Source: Methanocaldococcus indicus (GTDB lineage Archaea > AGJL01 > Methanococci > Methanococcales > Methanocaldococcaceae). From it: 64,000 nucleotides of DNA. A program made the position numbers and the translations under genes. Position 1 is the first letter of the stretch. Each line of letters starts with the position of its first letter. Below the pieces are notes generated by a model. It was not told the DNA's origin, searched no databases, and saw only the letters and a program-made list of their open reading frames with translations. The DNA lies in assembly GCF_049554935.1 (NCBI RefSeq), contig NZ_CP186926.1, positions 288,001 to 352,000 on the forward strand, written 5' to 3'. This document shows, one piece after another, positions 1 to 10,044 of this stretch.

Positions 1-263
1 CCTGCTAAAAATGCAATTGGAATTCCTATCAATGTTGCTAAAATAGTTAGCATCAAAGTTCCAACAATTGCTGGACCAATTCCTCCCTCACTTAAAGGAT
101 TTACAATGAAAGATACACCTCTCTCCATTATAATTGGAAGTCCTTTAACAGATATTGAGTATATTATGTGAAATAGTGGAACAACTGCTAAAAAAGTCAG
201 AAATCCAACAAAAAATAAAAATATTTTATCTTTAATCATTCTAATTGTTTTAATGTTGGACAT
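1..263 (-). CDS. pstA: Phosphate ABC transporter permease PstA (N-terminal part; runs off the window edge)
   Basis: Manual translation from ATG at 263 gives MSNIKTIRMIKDKIFLFFVGFLTFLAVVPLFHII...GGIGPAIVGTLMLTILATLIGIPIAFLAG. GGTGGAG RBS upstream; overlaps the pstC stop. Confidence 0.85.
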   Translation of the reverse strand, partial: MSNIKTIRMIKDKIFLFFVGFLTFLAVVPLFHIIYSISVKGLPIIMERGVSFIVNPLSEGGIGPAIVGTLMLTILATLIGIPIAFLA

Positions 264-1209
264 GTTTTCTCCACCTTCTTAAATATATAATTCCAATTAT
301 ATTTACAATTAAACCAACAACAAACAAAACCAAACCAGCAGCATATAAAGTAGGTAGCATATATTCATACAAGACAGCATTACCAAACTGATTAGCAATT
401 AATGAAGATATGGTATATCCAGGAGCAAACAACTTGTAAGTTAAATTAAAGGCATTACCAATAACCAATGAAACAGCAACTGTCTCACCTAATGCTCTAC
501 CAAAAGCTAAAATTAATCCAGAGACAATAGCTGGTCTAATATACTTAATTAGCTCCTTAGTAGTTTCATATTTTGTGCATCCTAATGCATACAAACCTTC
601 TTTATAGACAGTTGGCACCATAGCATAAGCTTCTCTTATAATTGCTGATGCAAAAGGAGTTACCATTATTCCCAATAATATTCCAGCAGCAAAGAAAGAG
701 TATCCTGATAAAGGAGGATAGTCAAATAGAGGAATAAATGATAAATGCTCATAAAGAGGTTTCATAATATAATCTCTTAAAATAGGAACTAAGATAAATG
801 CTCCCCAAATACCATAAATTATTGTTGGTAGTCCAGCCATTATATCAGAGATGATTATTAAAGGATGTTTTAACTTTTTAGGAGCATAATCATTTACAAA
901 TATTGCATAAGCTATAGAGAGTGGTAAAGCCACTAAAATTGCCAATGTAGCTGTATAAATACTTCCCCATATTGGAGCAGCTAATCCATAAACTTCCTTT
1001 GCAGGATTTTCAGATGCTTTCCAAACATTTTTTATAAATAAATCTATTCCAAACTTTTGCAAAGCTGGAAGTGCATTAATAAAATAAGTGTAAAGAATAT
1101 AGACAAATACAAAGAAAGCTATTATAATTGCTGGATAGGTAATAATTTTAAATTCATCAATTTTTTTCAATATTCTTTTTAATTCCATATTTTCCTCCCT
1201 AAAATTCAT
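250..1209 (-). CDS. pstC: Phosphate ABC transporter permease PstC
   Basis: Multi-TM protein with motifs AGLPTIIYGIWG, EGLYALG (EAA loop) and GRALGETVAV. Probable start is the second Met. Confidence 0.92.
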   Translation of the reverse strand: MNFREENMELKRILKKIDEFKIITYPAIIIAFFVFVYILYTYFINALPALQKFGIDLFIKNVWKASENPAKEVYGLAAPIWGSIYTATLAILVALPLSIAYAIFVNDYAPKKLKHPLIIISDIMAGLPTIIYGIWGAFILVPILRDYIMKPLYEHLSFIPLFDYPPLSGYSFFAAGILLGIMVTPFASAIIREAYAMVPTVYKEGLYALGCTKYETTKELIKYIRPAIVSGLILAFGRALGETVAVSLVIGNAFNLTYKLFAPGYTISSLIANQFGNAVLYEYMLPTLYAAGLVLFVVGLIVNIIGIIYLRRWRKHVQH

Positions 1210-1363
1210 AAATTGTGAATTTTTTGTTAATTTAGTTAATATACTTATTGGATATATAAAGTTATTTGTTTTACTTTATGAAGTTATATAAGTACATACG
1301 TTTAAGAGAAATTATTCTATAAGTTATTTAAATTAGTTTTTTGTTATTTTTATACTTACAAGA

Positions 1364-1771
1364 TTGATGGGAATGTCTATGAACAAATTTAAATTAGTAT
1401 TTAAAACACCATGTCATACTTGGGATATTGAAAATTTAATGTCATGCATATTTGGAATAAAGAGTTCTGATGTTAGAGTTTATTTTGATTTATTGATTAA
1501 TGGACCATCTAAGATAAGTGATATAGCTAAGAGAATAGATAGAGAGAGAAGCACGGTACAAAGAGCAGTGCAAAATTTATTAACAGCTGGATTGGTAACG
1601 AGAAAGCAGGTAAATTTAAAGGAAGGAGGTTATTATTATATTTATGAAGCTATTCCATTTGAAGATGTAAAAAAAATAATTAAAGAGAATATTGAAGAGT
1701 GGAGTAAAAATATGATAACATGGATTAACAATATATCTTTAGAGGATATTAAAAAAGAGATGGGAGAATGA
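1364..1771 (+). CDS. TrmB-like winged-helix transcriptional regulator
   Basis: HTH pattern KISDIAKRIDRERSTVQRAVQNLLTAGLV and wing GGYYYIY. Confidence 0.8.
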   Translation: MMGMSMNKFKLVFKTPCHTWDIENLMSCIFGIKSSDVRVYFDLLINGPSKISDIAKRIDRERSTVQRAVQNLLTAGLVTRKQVNLKEGGYYYIYEAIPFEDVKKIIKENIEEWSKNMITWINNISLEDIKKEMGE

Positions 1772-2706
1772 TAACATTCTTAGGGACATCTGCTGCTGTC
1801 CCAACAAAAAAAAGAAATCATATTGGAATAGCTTTTAAATATAATGGAGATATCTTCTTATTTGATTGTGGGGAAAATATTCAAAGGCAATTTTTATATT
1901 CTCCCCTATCTCCAATGAAAATTAAAGCTATCTTTATTACACATCTTCATGGAGACCATATTTTAGGACTCCCTGGAATAATACAAAGTTTATCTTTTTT
2001 AGAGAGGAAAGAAGATTTATTAATTTTTGGACCAAAAGGTATTAAAGATATTGTAAAATACTCATTATCTTTTGGTTATTGTTCAATAAATTTCAATATA
2101 AAAGTTTTTGAGATTGATAGTAGAGAGCCAATAGACGTATATAGAGAAGAAAAATTTAGGATTATAGCTTATCCATTAGAGCATTTTGTTGATAACTATT
2201 CATATACATTTTTAGAGATAAAGAAACCAAGATTAGATATAGAAAAAGCTAAGAAATTGAAGGTTAAAATAGGACCAGATTTAAAAAGATTGAAAAATGG
2301 ATATCCTGTAAGAAATATTGATGGAGAATTAATATATCCTGAGGATGTCCTTTTACCACCAAAAAAGGGAATATCCTTATCTTATTCAGGAGATACATTA
2401 CCAATTAAAGAATATGGGAAATTTTTAAAAGATAATGGTGTTGATATTCTAATCCATGAAGCTACTTATGATGACTCTTTAAAAGATTTAGCTGTTGAAA
2501 GTTATCACTCTACAATTGGAGATGCTGTAAAAATTGCTGATATAGCAGAAGTTAAAAGTTTAATTTTAACACATATATCTGCAAGATATGACAAGGATGA
2601 GGATATATATTATAAAAATGTTGAAAGATATAAAAAAGATTGTAAATTTAAAATTTTTGTAAGTGAGGATTTAAAGAGCTATAACATTAAGGAGTTGATA
2701 AAATGA
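1768..2706 (+). CDS. rnz: Ribonuclease Z
   Basis: FLGTSAAVP, THLHGDHILG, exosite GP region, HEAT, HST and LTHISARY motifs. Confidence 0.95.
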   Translation: MITFLGTSAAVPTKKRNHIGIAFKYNGDIFLFDCGENIQRQFLYSPLSPMKIKAIFITHLHGDHILGLPGIIQSLSFLERKEDLLIFGPKGIKDIVKYSLSFGYCSINFNIKVFEIDSREPIDVYREEKFRIIAYPLEHFVDNYSYTFLEIKKPRLDIEKAKKLKVKIGPDLKRLKNGYPVRNIDGELIYPEDVLLPPKKGISLSYSGDTLPIKEYGKFLKDNGVDILIHEATYDDSLKDLAVESYHSTIGDAVKIADIAEVKSLILTHISARYDKDEDIYYKNVERYKKDCKFKIFVSEDLKSYNIKELIK

Positions 2707-3359
2707 AGATTGCTATTGTTGGAGGGACAGGAGATTTAGGATTTGGATTGGCTTTAAGGTTATCTAAACACTACAATATTATAATTGGTTCAAGAAAAGA
2801 AGAAAAAGCTAAAAAAGCAGCAGAAGAAGTAAAAAAATTAGTTAAAGATGCAAAAGTTGAAGGTAAAGGGAATATAGAAGCTGTTAAAGAAGCTGATGTA
2901 ATTATATTGTCTGTTCCTTATGAGTATGTCCTTTCAACTTTAAAGGATTTGAAAGAGTATTTAAAAAACAAAATAGTTGTTTCTGTCGTAGTTCCACTCT
3001 CTACTGTTATTGGTGATTCTCCAGAGAAACCTCTCTTTCCATATGATGGCTCAGTTGCTGAAATGATTCAAAATTATTTAAAAGATAGTAAAGTAGTAGG
3101 AGCTTTTCAAAATATATCATATAAATCTTTAAGAGATTTAGATAATAAAGTAGATGCTGATGTATTAGTTTGTGGAGATGATGAAGAAGCAAAAAAAATA
3201 GTTATTGAAATAGCAAATAAAATAGATGGAGTTAGAGGAATAGATGCAGGAAAATTAGAAATGTCAAGAATTGTAGAAGGTTTAACTCCTCTCTTAATTG
3301 GAATTAATAAAAGATATAAATCTGAGTGTAGCATAAAAATAAGTAATTTGAAAATTTAA
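2703..3359 (+). CDS. npdG: F420H2:NADP+ oxidoreductase
   Basis: [24 protein letters not shown] and DAGKL motifs. Confidence 0.9.
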   Translation: MKIAIVGGTGDLGFGLALRLSKHYNIIIGSRKEEKAKKAAEEVKKLVKDAKVEGKGNIEAVKEADVIILSVPYEYVLSTLKDLKEYLKNKIVVSVVVPLSTVIGDSPEKPLFPYDGSVAEMIQNYLKDSKVVGAFQNISYKSLRDLDNKVDADVLVCGDDEEAKKIVIEIANKIDGVRGIDAGKLEMSRIVEGLTPLLIGINKRYKSECSIKISNLKI

Positions 3360-5260
3360 TAATCTTTATATTTATCTACTTCTTTTTGATGTTTCTCTAT
3401 TTCTTCAATACTTGCAACTTTAAACTCATTAGCATATTTTTCAAGGTCTTTAGCAACATTTACAAGTTCATTAGTTGCCTTCTTAATTTCTTCAATAATT
3501 GCGTTTAATTCTTCAGTTGAGGCAGTTAGTTCTTCAGCGGTAGCGGCGAACTCTTCAGATATAGAAGCGACATCTTGCACATCTCTTAAAGCGACTTGAA
3601 TACTATCAGCAGCTTTTTCAGCCGCTGATTTTATCTCTTCCATCTTTTGATTTACTAAATCAACACTCTCCTTAATTTTCATAAATGCATTATTAACTTC
3701 ATCAATTGCGACAACTCCTTTATCAACCTCTTCTTTTCCAGCTAACCCTAAATCAATTGTTTTATTAATTTTCTCTTGTATTTCACTTATAGTTTTGTTA
3801 ATGTCATCAACAGACTTACCAATCTCTTCAGCTAAACCTTTAATTTCACTTGCAACAACAGCAAAACCTCTTCCAGCATCTCCTGCTCTTGCAGCTTCAA
3901 TAGATGCATTTAGGGCTAATAGTCCTGTTTGTTCAGCAATATCTTTTATTAAAGCGGTTATCTCATTAATTTTTTGGCTTTCTCTACCTAACTCTTCTAA
4001 AGCTCTACCTAACTCATCTATAACGTTTGCAATTCTTTGCATTGTTTCAATTGCGTGCTCAACCTTTTCAACTCCTAAATTTGTAGAATCTTCTACTACT
4101 CTAACAGCTTCAACTCCATTAATAGCAGCGTCATAAACACCTCTTGTTATATTTGTAACCTCTTCTAATTCTTGACTTATATCTTGTAGTTTTGTTGATT
4201 GGTCTGTTGCTGCTGTAGCTACTTGTTGTGTTGCATCTGCTATTTGGTCAGATGTCTCTTTTGCTCTCTCTAATTCAGCGTTAATTCTTTCAATTTCTGT
4301 ATTTAACCTAATGACTTCATCTTTTAAGTTTCCAATTAATAAAGATAGTTTATTAATTGAAGTGTTAATTGCATAGTAAAGATTTTCAAAACCTTCAAAT
4401 TTTCTAACATGAACGTTTAAGTTTCCATTAGCAATAGCTTCCATAACATTGATAATGTCTTTAAATATCTCCTCTAATTTTTTTCTAAATGCTTTTTCTT
4501 TTTCCATATCTTCTTTTATATTTTCAATGATTTTCATAATGTTACTATAAACTCTTCCAATCTCATCATTTGCAAATTTTATTCTTGGCTCTACAAATCT
4601 TTTATTAGCAAGTTCATTTGTTATATATTCCAATTCAAGAATTGGTCTAATGACAATTTTATCTATTAGCAAGAACAATCCTATTCCTGAGGCAAATACT
4701 AAAAAGATAATTCCTAATAACATATAGTTTAAATTATTTGTATATTTATTAACACTAATTACCAAACTGTCACTAAGCTTATCTAATCCATCAATTAATT
4801 TGTCATGATTTTCTAAAAGGTAATTTAGAGCTTTTTCTCCTTCTGGAGAGTTGGGATTTGATAAATAAACATTTATATATCTATAGAATTCATCCCAATC
4901 AGATTTTAGTTTTAATAAATTATCTCTATTCTCTGATATTGGAGATATTACTATATTATGATTCCCTATTTTTACTGTCCCACCATTTAATATAGCATTG
5001 AGAATTTTATTGAAGTTCTCTGCAGAATCTTTTACTTCCTTTAAATCATCTGGATTCTCTGTGTATTTATAACTAATACTATGAGCCACTATTTTTGCTA
5101 ATAAGAATTTTTCATATTCTAATAATTTAGCATCTGTACTATATTCATCAACTTTTTGAAGTTCAAAATAGCTAACTACTCCTAATGCACATATTATTAA
5201 AATAACTGGGATAAAAACTAACATTATCTTAGTTCTGATAGAATTAAGATTTATCTTCAT
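3356..5260 (-). CDS. Methyl-accepting chemotaxis protein (2 TM, 4-helix sensor, HAMP, signalling domain)
   Basis: Signalling hairpin [33 protein letters not shown]; HAMP DEIG; two TM segments. Confidence 0.95.
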   Translation of the reverse strand: MKINLNSIRTKIMLVFIPVILIICALGVVSYFELQKVDEYSTDAKLLEYEKFLLAKIVAHSISYKYTENPDDLKEVKDSAENFNKILNAILNGGTVKIGNHNIVISPISENRDNLLKLKSDWDEFYRYINVYLSNPNSPEGEKALNYLLENHDKLIDGLDKLSDSLVISVNKYTNNLNYMLLGIIFLVFASGIGLFLLIDKIVIRPILELEYITNELANKRFVEPRIKFANDEIGRVYSNIMKIIENIKEDMEKEKAFRKKLEEIFKDIINVMEAIANGNLNVHVRKFEGFENLYYAINTSINKLSLLIGNLKDEVIRLNTEIERINAELERAKETSDQIADATQQVATAATDQSTKLQDISQELEEVTNITRGVYDAAINGVEAVRVVEDSTNLGVEKVEHAIETMQRIANVIDELGRALEELGRESQKINEITALIKDIAEQTGLLALNASIEAARAGDAGRGFAVVASEIKGLAEEIGKSVDDINKTISEIQEKINKTIDLGLAGKEEVDKGVVAIDEVNNAFMKIKESVDLVNQKMEEIKSAAEKAADSIQVALRDVQDVASISEEFAATAEELTASTEELNAIIEEIKKATNELVNVAKDLEKYANEFKVASIEEIEKHQKEVDKYKDY

Positions 5261-5419
5261 TTTTCTCCCTCATAACTATATATTTGTTATATAAAAAATC
5301 TTAATAATAAAATTAAACAATAATGCAATAAAATATTAAATCATAATATTAATAAATATTTTTTGTGTAGGTAGATATGTAACAAAAAATTAAAAAATAA
5401 TAAATAAGTAAGAATATAA

Positions 5420-6352
5420 TTATTCATATTTTTTAATATATTCTGCTATTGCTCTACTTACACATGGAGGGACACTTTCTCCAACTTGGTTGTATTGAAC
5501 CTCTCTCCCACCAAAAAATATGAAATCATCAGGATAACTCATTAATCTTGCTTGCTCTCTAACAGTTAATAATCTATCTTCATAAGGATGGATAAATCTA
5601 ACCTTTCCTTTAACAGTTGGAGCTAATTTTTTTGGATGTAATCTAATCCAGTTGTGCATAACTTTTTTAAATCCTCTAAATCTATACAATGACTCTCCCC
5701 ACCTTAATTTAGATATTAGTTCTTTCTTTTTATCAGATAGCTTTTTTATTTCATGGTTTGGAGCATCTTTTGGTATATCTTTTAAAGCTTCTTCAACAAC
5801 TATTTTTTTATTAAGTTTTTTAGGTTTTAACTTTATATTGGATATAAAAGCTCTTGCTCTTATTGATGGATTTCCATAATCCTCAGCTCTTAAAATATTT
5901 AAATAAGCTTCTATTCCAATATTGCTAAATAATCTTTCCAATTCATCCCATAACTCCTTTATCTGAGGCACATTCTCCATAACAAAGATTAAATCATTAT
6001 TTTTATTATAGAAATATTCTAAATATTTAATAAATTCTAAGGTTAATCTTCCAGTTCTATCTTTATATAATCTATCCAATGGGTTCTCTTCTATCCTCTT
6101 AGCTTTTGTAAATGCTTCACAAGGTGGAGAGCCAATTAATATATCAACTTTTTCATTTTTAATAATAGAGTTGTCAAACAACTTAGGAGGAACTTTCTTT
6201 ATATCTTCAACATACACAGGAGCTTTAATGTTATATTGGTATGTCTTAACTGCTGGTTTAAAATTTTCTAATCCAGCTAAGATTTTATAGCCTTCATCTA
6301 AAAATCCTTTTGAAAATCCACCACATCCACAGAATAAATCTACAACATTCAT
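5420..6352 (-). CDS. DNA (cytosine-5) methyltransferase, no adjacent endonuclease
   Basis: Motif I DLFCGCGGF, IV GSPPC, VI ENV, VIII RAR, IX/X LTVREQARLMSYPD...QVGESV. Confidence 0.92.
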   Translation of the reverse strand: MNVVDLFCGCGGFSKGFLDEGYKILAGLENFKPAVKTYQYNIKAPVYVEDIKKVPPKLFDNSIIKNEKVDILIGSPPCEAFTKAKRIEENPLDRLYKDRTGRLTLEFIKYLEYFYNKNNDLIFVMENVPQIKELWDELERLFSNIGIEAYLNILRAEDYGNPSIRARAFISNIKLKPKKLNKKIVVEEALKDIPKDAPNHEIKKLSDKKKELISKLRWGESLYRFRGFKKVMHNWIRLHPKKLAPTVKGKVRFIHPYEDRLLTVREQARLMSYPDDFIFFGGREVQYNQVGESVPPCVSRAIAEYIKKYE

Positions 6353-6355
6353 ACT

Positions 6356-7108
6356 CTATAACCTATAAAATTCCTTTGCATTTAAATATAAAGATTTATT
6401 TATTTTATTTTCATCTACACCTAACTTTTTTAACTCTAACTTAGTTTTTGGTAAAGCATAAATATCTGATTTCAAACTTCCTAAGTCACTACTTAAAATA
6501 AATTTTTTATTATACTCTTTAATTATCTTTGCAGCTCTCTCAGGTGTTAATTTTAAAGATTGGACAGTTAAGCCAATATAGTATTTCTCTACTAAATCAA
6601 CCGTTTCCTCATTTAGATGGTCTATCATAACTAAATCTTCTTTTATCTTTACTTCATCTAAAATCTCTAAGATTTTTAATAACGCCTCTTTTTTGTTTTT
6701 CTCAGGAGTGTGAATTACTATTGGCATTTTGTAATCCTTAGCTATATACAACTGCTCCTTTAACAAATTAATTTCATCTTCTTTTAAATAATGTAGTCCT
6801 GTCTCTCCAATGCATACAACATTCTCATTATCTAAAAATTTTGGTATTTCTTTGATTAATCTTTCCCAATTTTTTGGATATCCCATAGGATGAACTCCTA
6901 TCCCTACCTTAACCTCAACATTAGCTATTTTTCCTCTTTTTACTTCTAAGTTTATTAATCTATCCCACAAATCTAAATAAACCTCTGGAACACTCATCTT
7001 ATATGGGTCATGTGAAAGAGTTATAATCTTCTCTATTCCTGCTATTGCCATATTCTCTAAATCTTCAAAACTTCTAACATCTAAATGTGTATGTGCATCT
7101 ATCATCAT
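6356..7108 (-). CDS. TatD-family amidohydrolase/DNase
   Basis: IDAHTHLD, GVHP, IGETGL, IHTP and SSD motifs. Confidence 0.88.
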   Translation of the reverse strand: MMIDAHTHLDVRSFEDLENMAIAGIEKIITLSHDPYKMSVPEVYLDLWDRLINLEVKRGKIANVEVKVGIGVHPMGYPKNWERLIKEIPKFLDNENVVCIGETGLHYLKEDEINLLKEQLYIAKDYKMPIVIHTPEKNKKEALLKILEILDEVKIKEDLVMIDHLNEETVDLVEKYYIGLTVQSLKLTPERAAKIIKEYNKKFILSSDLGSLKSDIYALPKTKLELKKLGVDENKINKSLYLNAKEFYRL

Positions 7109-7294
7109 ACTAACCCCCTTTCTATTAATTTATTTCATTTTTTTATTCATTTTTTATCCCTATTTCTATTTATAATTAATTTCAATAATTATAATATAAT
7201 ATTTAATGGAAATATATAAAACTATAAATTATTAATTTTCAAAACAATATTAAGCTATATATAACAAGAAAGATATTATTTAAAATTACAAAAA

Positions 7295-7729
7295 ATGAGA
7301 AATGGTGAAATTATGGAAGATTTAAGAGAAAAAGCATTAGCTTTGGAAATGTATAATCAACAAATTCAAATTTTACAACAAGAAATAGCAAGTATTAGAG
7401 GTTTAAAAGAGGAAATTGAAAAATGTATTAATACATTGGAGAATGTAAAAGTTGATGATGAAACCCTAATTCCTGTAGGTCCAGGAGTATTTTTAAAAGC
7501 AAAAATTATAGATGATAAAGCAATTTATGGAATAAAATCTGATATATTTGTTGAAAAACCAATATCTGATGTTATAGAGAATTTAAAAAAATCATTAGAA
7601 GATTTAAATAAGGCAGAAGAAGAAGGATTAAAAAAATTAAATGAAATTACAGCATTAGCTATGAAATTAAAAGAAGAATTACAAAAAGAATTTGAAAAAC
7701 AACAGAAAAACCAACAAAAGAAAAATTAA
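7295..7729 (+). CDS. pfdA: Prefoldin alpha subunit
   Basis: Coiled coils flanking the beta hairpin ETLIPVGPGVFLKAKI. Confidence 0.9.
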   Translation: MRNGEIMEDLREKALALEMYNQQIQILQQEIASIRGLKEEIEKCINTLENVKVDDETLIPVGPGVFLKAKIIDDKAIYGIKSDIFVEKPISDVIENLKKSLEDLNKAEEEGLKKLNEITALAMKLKEELQKEFEKQQKNQQKKN

Positions 7730-7745
7730 AATAACTAAAAATTAG

Positions 7746-7819
7746 TGGGCCCGGCCGGATTCGAACCGGCGACTTTCGCCTTGTAAGGGCGACGTCATAG
7801 CCAGCTAGACCACGGGCCC
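7746..7819 (-). tRNA. tRNA-Val(TAC)
   Basis: GGGCCCGTGGTCTAGCTGG...CT TAC AA...GGTTCGAATCC...GGGCCCA; CCA not encoded. Confidence 0.95.
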
Positions 7820-7881
7820 TAAAAAAGCATTATTATAATTTCTATTTTTGGTATATATACTTTTCTATTATTGGGATAATT

Positions 7882-8919
7882 ATGAATTTAGATTTATTTT
7901 TAAAAGATAGGGAAGAAGTTATAAAAGATGCTAAAAGAAAAGATTTATCCATAAAAAAATTTAAAAAACTTATTGATAAGTTGAGAGAAAATAAGAAAAT
8001 AGTTGCTGATTTTACAGAATACAATCCTCTCCATAAAGGGCATAAGTATGCATTAGATAAAGGAAAGGAATATGGTTTTTTTATATCTGTCCTTCCAGGA
8101 CCATTAGAGAGAAGTGGTAGAGGAGTTCCCTATTTTTTAGATAGATATACAAGAGCTGAATTGGCTATAAGAGCAGGAGCTGATATAGTTGTTGAAGGCC
8201 CTGCTATGGGAATTCTTGGCTCAGGCCAATATATGAGATGTTTAATAAAAATGTTCTATACATTAGGAGCTGAAATAATTCCAAGAGGCTATATTCCTGA
8301 GGAAACAATGAATAAGGTTATTGATAGGATAAATAAGGGTTTTCATATTAGAGTTAAGCCATATAAAATTATGTGTATAGAGACAGGAGAAGTTTTAGGA
8401 GAAAAGTTAAATATAGATAATTATGTTATTGCTTCTATGTCTCAAACAATATATAAACTAAATAAAGAAGAAAATTTAAACTATCATCCAAAATTTGTAT
8501 TTATAAAAAGATTAGAAGGAATTAGTGGGACAAAAATAAGAGAGGCAATAAAATCTGGAAAATTTGATTTAGTTAAAGATTTATTACCAAAAAGCACTTT
8601 GGAGGTGTTAGAAGATAAATACAAAAAAGGAGAACTAACATTCTTAGAAAGATTTGAAGATAGAATTTTAGAAACAGCTAATGAGTATGATTTATATAAA
8701 TATCTACCTAAAAATATAGCAGAAATATTAGAAAAAAATAGGCCTTACAATAGTATTGATGAAATAAAAAAGGTTATTCCTTTTGGTTTTACAAGACATT
8801 TCAAAGAGAGAATTTTAAATTTATTGGAGGCAAGGATTGAGAAAGACCTTATAAAGAAATATATTAACAATTATCCATCTAAGATAAAAATATTAAAAGT
8901 GAAAAATTATGATAATTGA
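7882..8919 (+). CDS. HIGH-motif nucleotidyltransferase, TmcAL-like family
   Basis: EYNPLHKGH, R.ELAIRAGADIVVE and ISGTKIRE motifs. Confidence 0.75.
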   Translation: MNLDLFLKDREEVIKDAKRKDLSIKKFKKLIDKLRENKKIVADFTEYNPLHKGHKYALDKGKEYGFFISVLPGPLERSGRGVPYFLDRYTRAELAIRAGADIVVEGPAMGILGSGQYMRCLIKMFYTLGAEIIPRGYIPEETMNKVIDRINKGFHIRVKPYKIMCIETGEVLGEKLNIDNYVIASMSQTIYKLNKEENLNYHPKFVFIKRLEGISGTKIREAIKSGKFDLVKDLLPKSTLEVLEDKYKKGELTFLERFEDRILETANEYDLYKYLPKNIAEILEKNRPYNSIDEIKKVIPFGFTRHFKERILNLLEARIEKDLIKKYINNYPSKIKILKVKNYDN

Positions 8920-10039
8920 TGAAATATTAAAAAAAGAAGTGTATAAAGCATTAGGATGCACAGAAGTTGTTTTAATAGGAAAGACTGTTGCAAAAGCAAA
9001 ACCAAAAAACTTAGATGATATAAAAAAGATTAGATTGGTTTTAGGAAAAGAGATATTTAAAAATGCTTATGCTGTTGGAGTTCCAAATACTGGAAAGTTT
9101 GGAATAGTTCCAGCTGTTGTGGCTGGATTGTTGAGTAAGAGAGATGATAATGAAGTTTTTAGAGATATTGATTATAATGAAGAGTTAGAAGAAAAAATTA
9201 AAAATCTAATTGATATTGAGTTAGTTGATAAAAAAGTATATTGTAAGGTTGAAATATTTGCTGATAAATTATACTCTGCTGAGAGTGAGGAGTATAATGT
9301 TAGTGTAGATAATAAACTAAAAGAACAGTTTAAAAATTTAAATTTGGATGACTTCTTAGAGTATATCAATAATATCCCAAAAGATATTAAAAAACTGATT
9401 AATGATGTGATAAAAACAAACTATGAAATAACTACTCCAACAGTTGATAGAGAGTTTTTAAGTTTAGATTTCAATGATGAAAGATTTAGATATGTGTTAG
9501 AAAAGACAGTATCAGCAGTATATAATAGAATGATAGGTGTAAATAAAGTTGTTTATGCCATAGCTGGCAGTGGAAATATGGGACTAACTGCAACAGTCCC
9601 AATTATAGCTTATGATGAGCTAACTAATAAGGATAAGGATTTGTTAATTAGGAGTATAACTCTCTCAGCTTTAACAACTATCTACTCATCTTACTACTCT
9701 GGCTATACATCAGCTATGTGTGGATGTGTAAATAGAGGAGGATTAGGAGCTTTAATAGGGCTATCTTACTATTTAGGAAAAGATATTAATAAAGCTATTA
9801 AAGGTTTTGTAGCAAATCTTCCAGGAATTGTTTGTGATGGTGGTAAAGTTGGCTGTTCTTTAAAAATAGCCTCTGGAATATTTTCAATATTTTTATCTTT
9901 AAACTCTTCAATACCATATAACAATGGAATTATAGGAAAAGATTTTAAAGAAAATATTATAAATATAAATAAAGTTGCTAATGCAATGGAAAGAGTTGAT
10001 GATGTTATAATTGAAATTTTAAAAACAAAAAAAATTTAA
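8909..10039 (+). CDS. L-cysteine desulfidase (serine dehydratase-like, Fe-S)
   Basis: ALGCTE, KNA..VGVP, AGSGNMG, SAMCGC and CDGGKVGCSLK motifs. Confidence 0.85.
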   Translation: MIIDEILKKEVYKALGCTEVVLIGKTVAKAKPKNLDDIKKIRLVLGKEIFKNAYAVGVPNTGKFGIVPAVVAGLLSKRDDNEVFRDIDYNEELEEKIKNLIDIELVDKKVYCKVEIFADKLYSAESEEYNVSVDNKLKEQFKNLNLDDFLEYINNIPKDIKKLINDVIKTNYEITTPTVDREFLSLDFNDERFRYVLEKTVSAVYNRMIGVNKVVYAIAGSGNMGLTATVPIIAYDELTNKDKDLLIRSITLSALTTIYSSYYSGYTSAMCGCVNRGGLGALIGLSYYLGKDINKAIKGFVANLPGIVCDGGKVGCSLKIASGIFSIFLSLNSSIPYNNGIIGKDFKENIININKVANAMERVDDVIIEILKTKKI

Positions 10040-10044
10040 GGAGG

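Noticed and set aside
7124-7165. Tiny minus-strand ORF MNKKNEIN upstream of tatD
   Set aside because: Eight codons in very AT-rich DNA, expected by chance; no support as a leader peptide.
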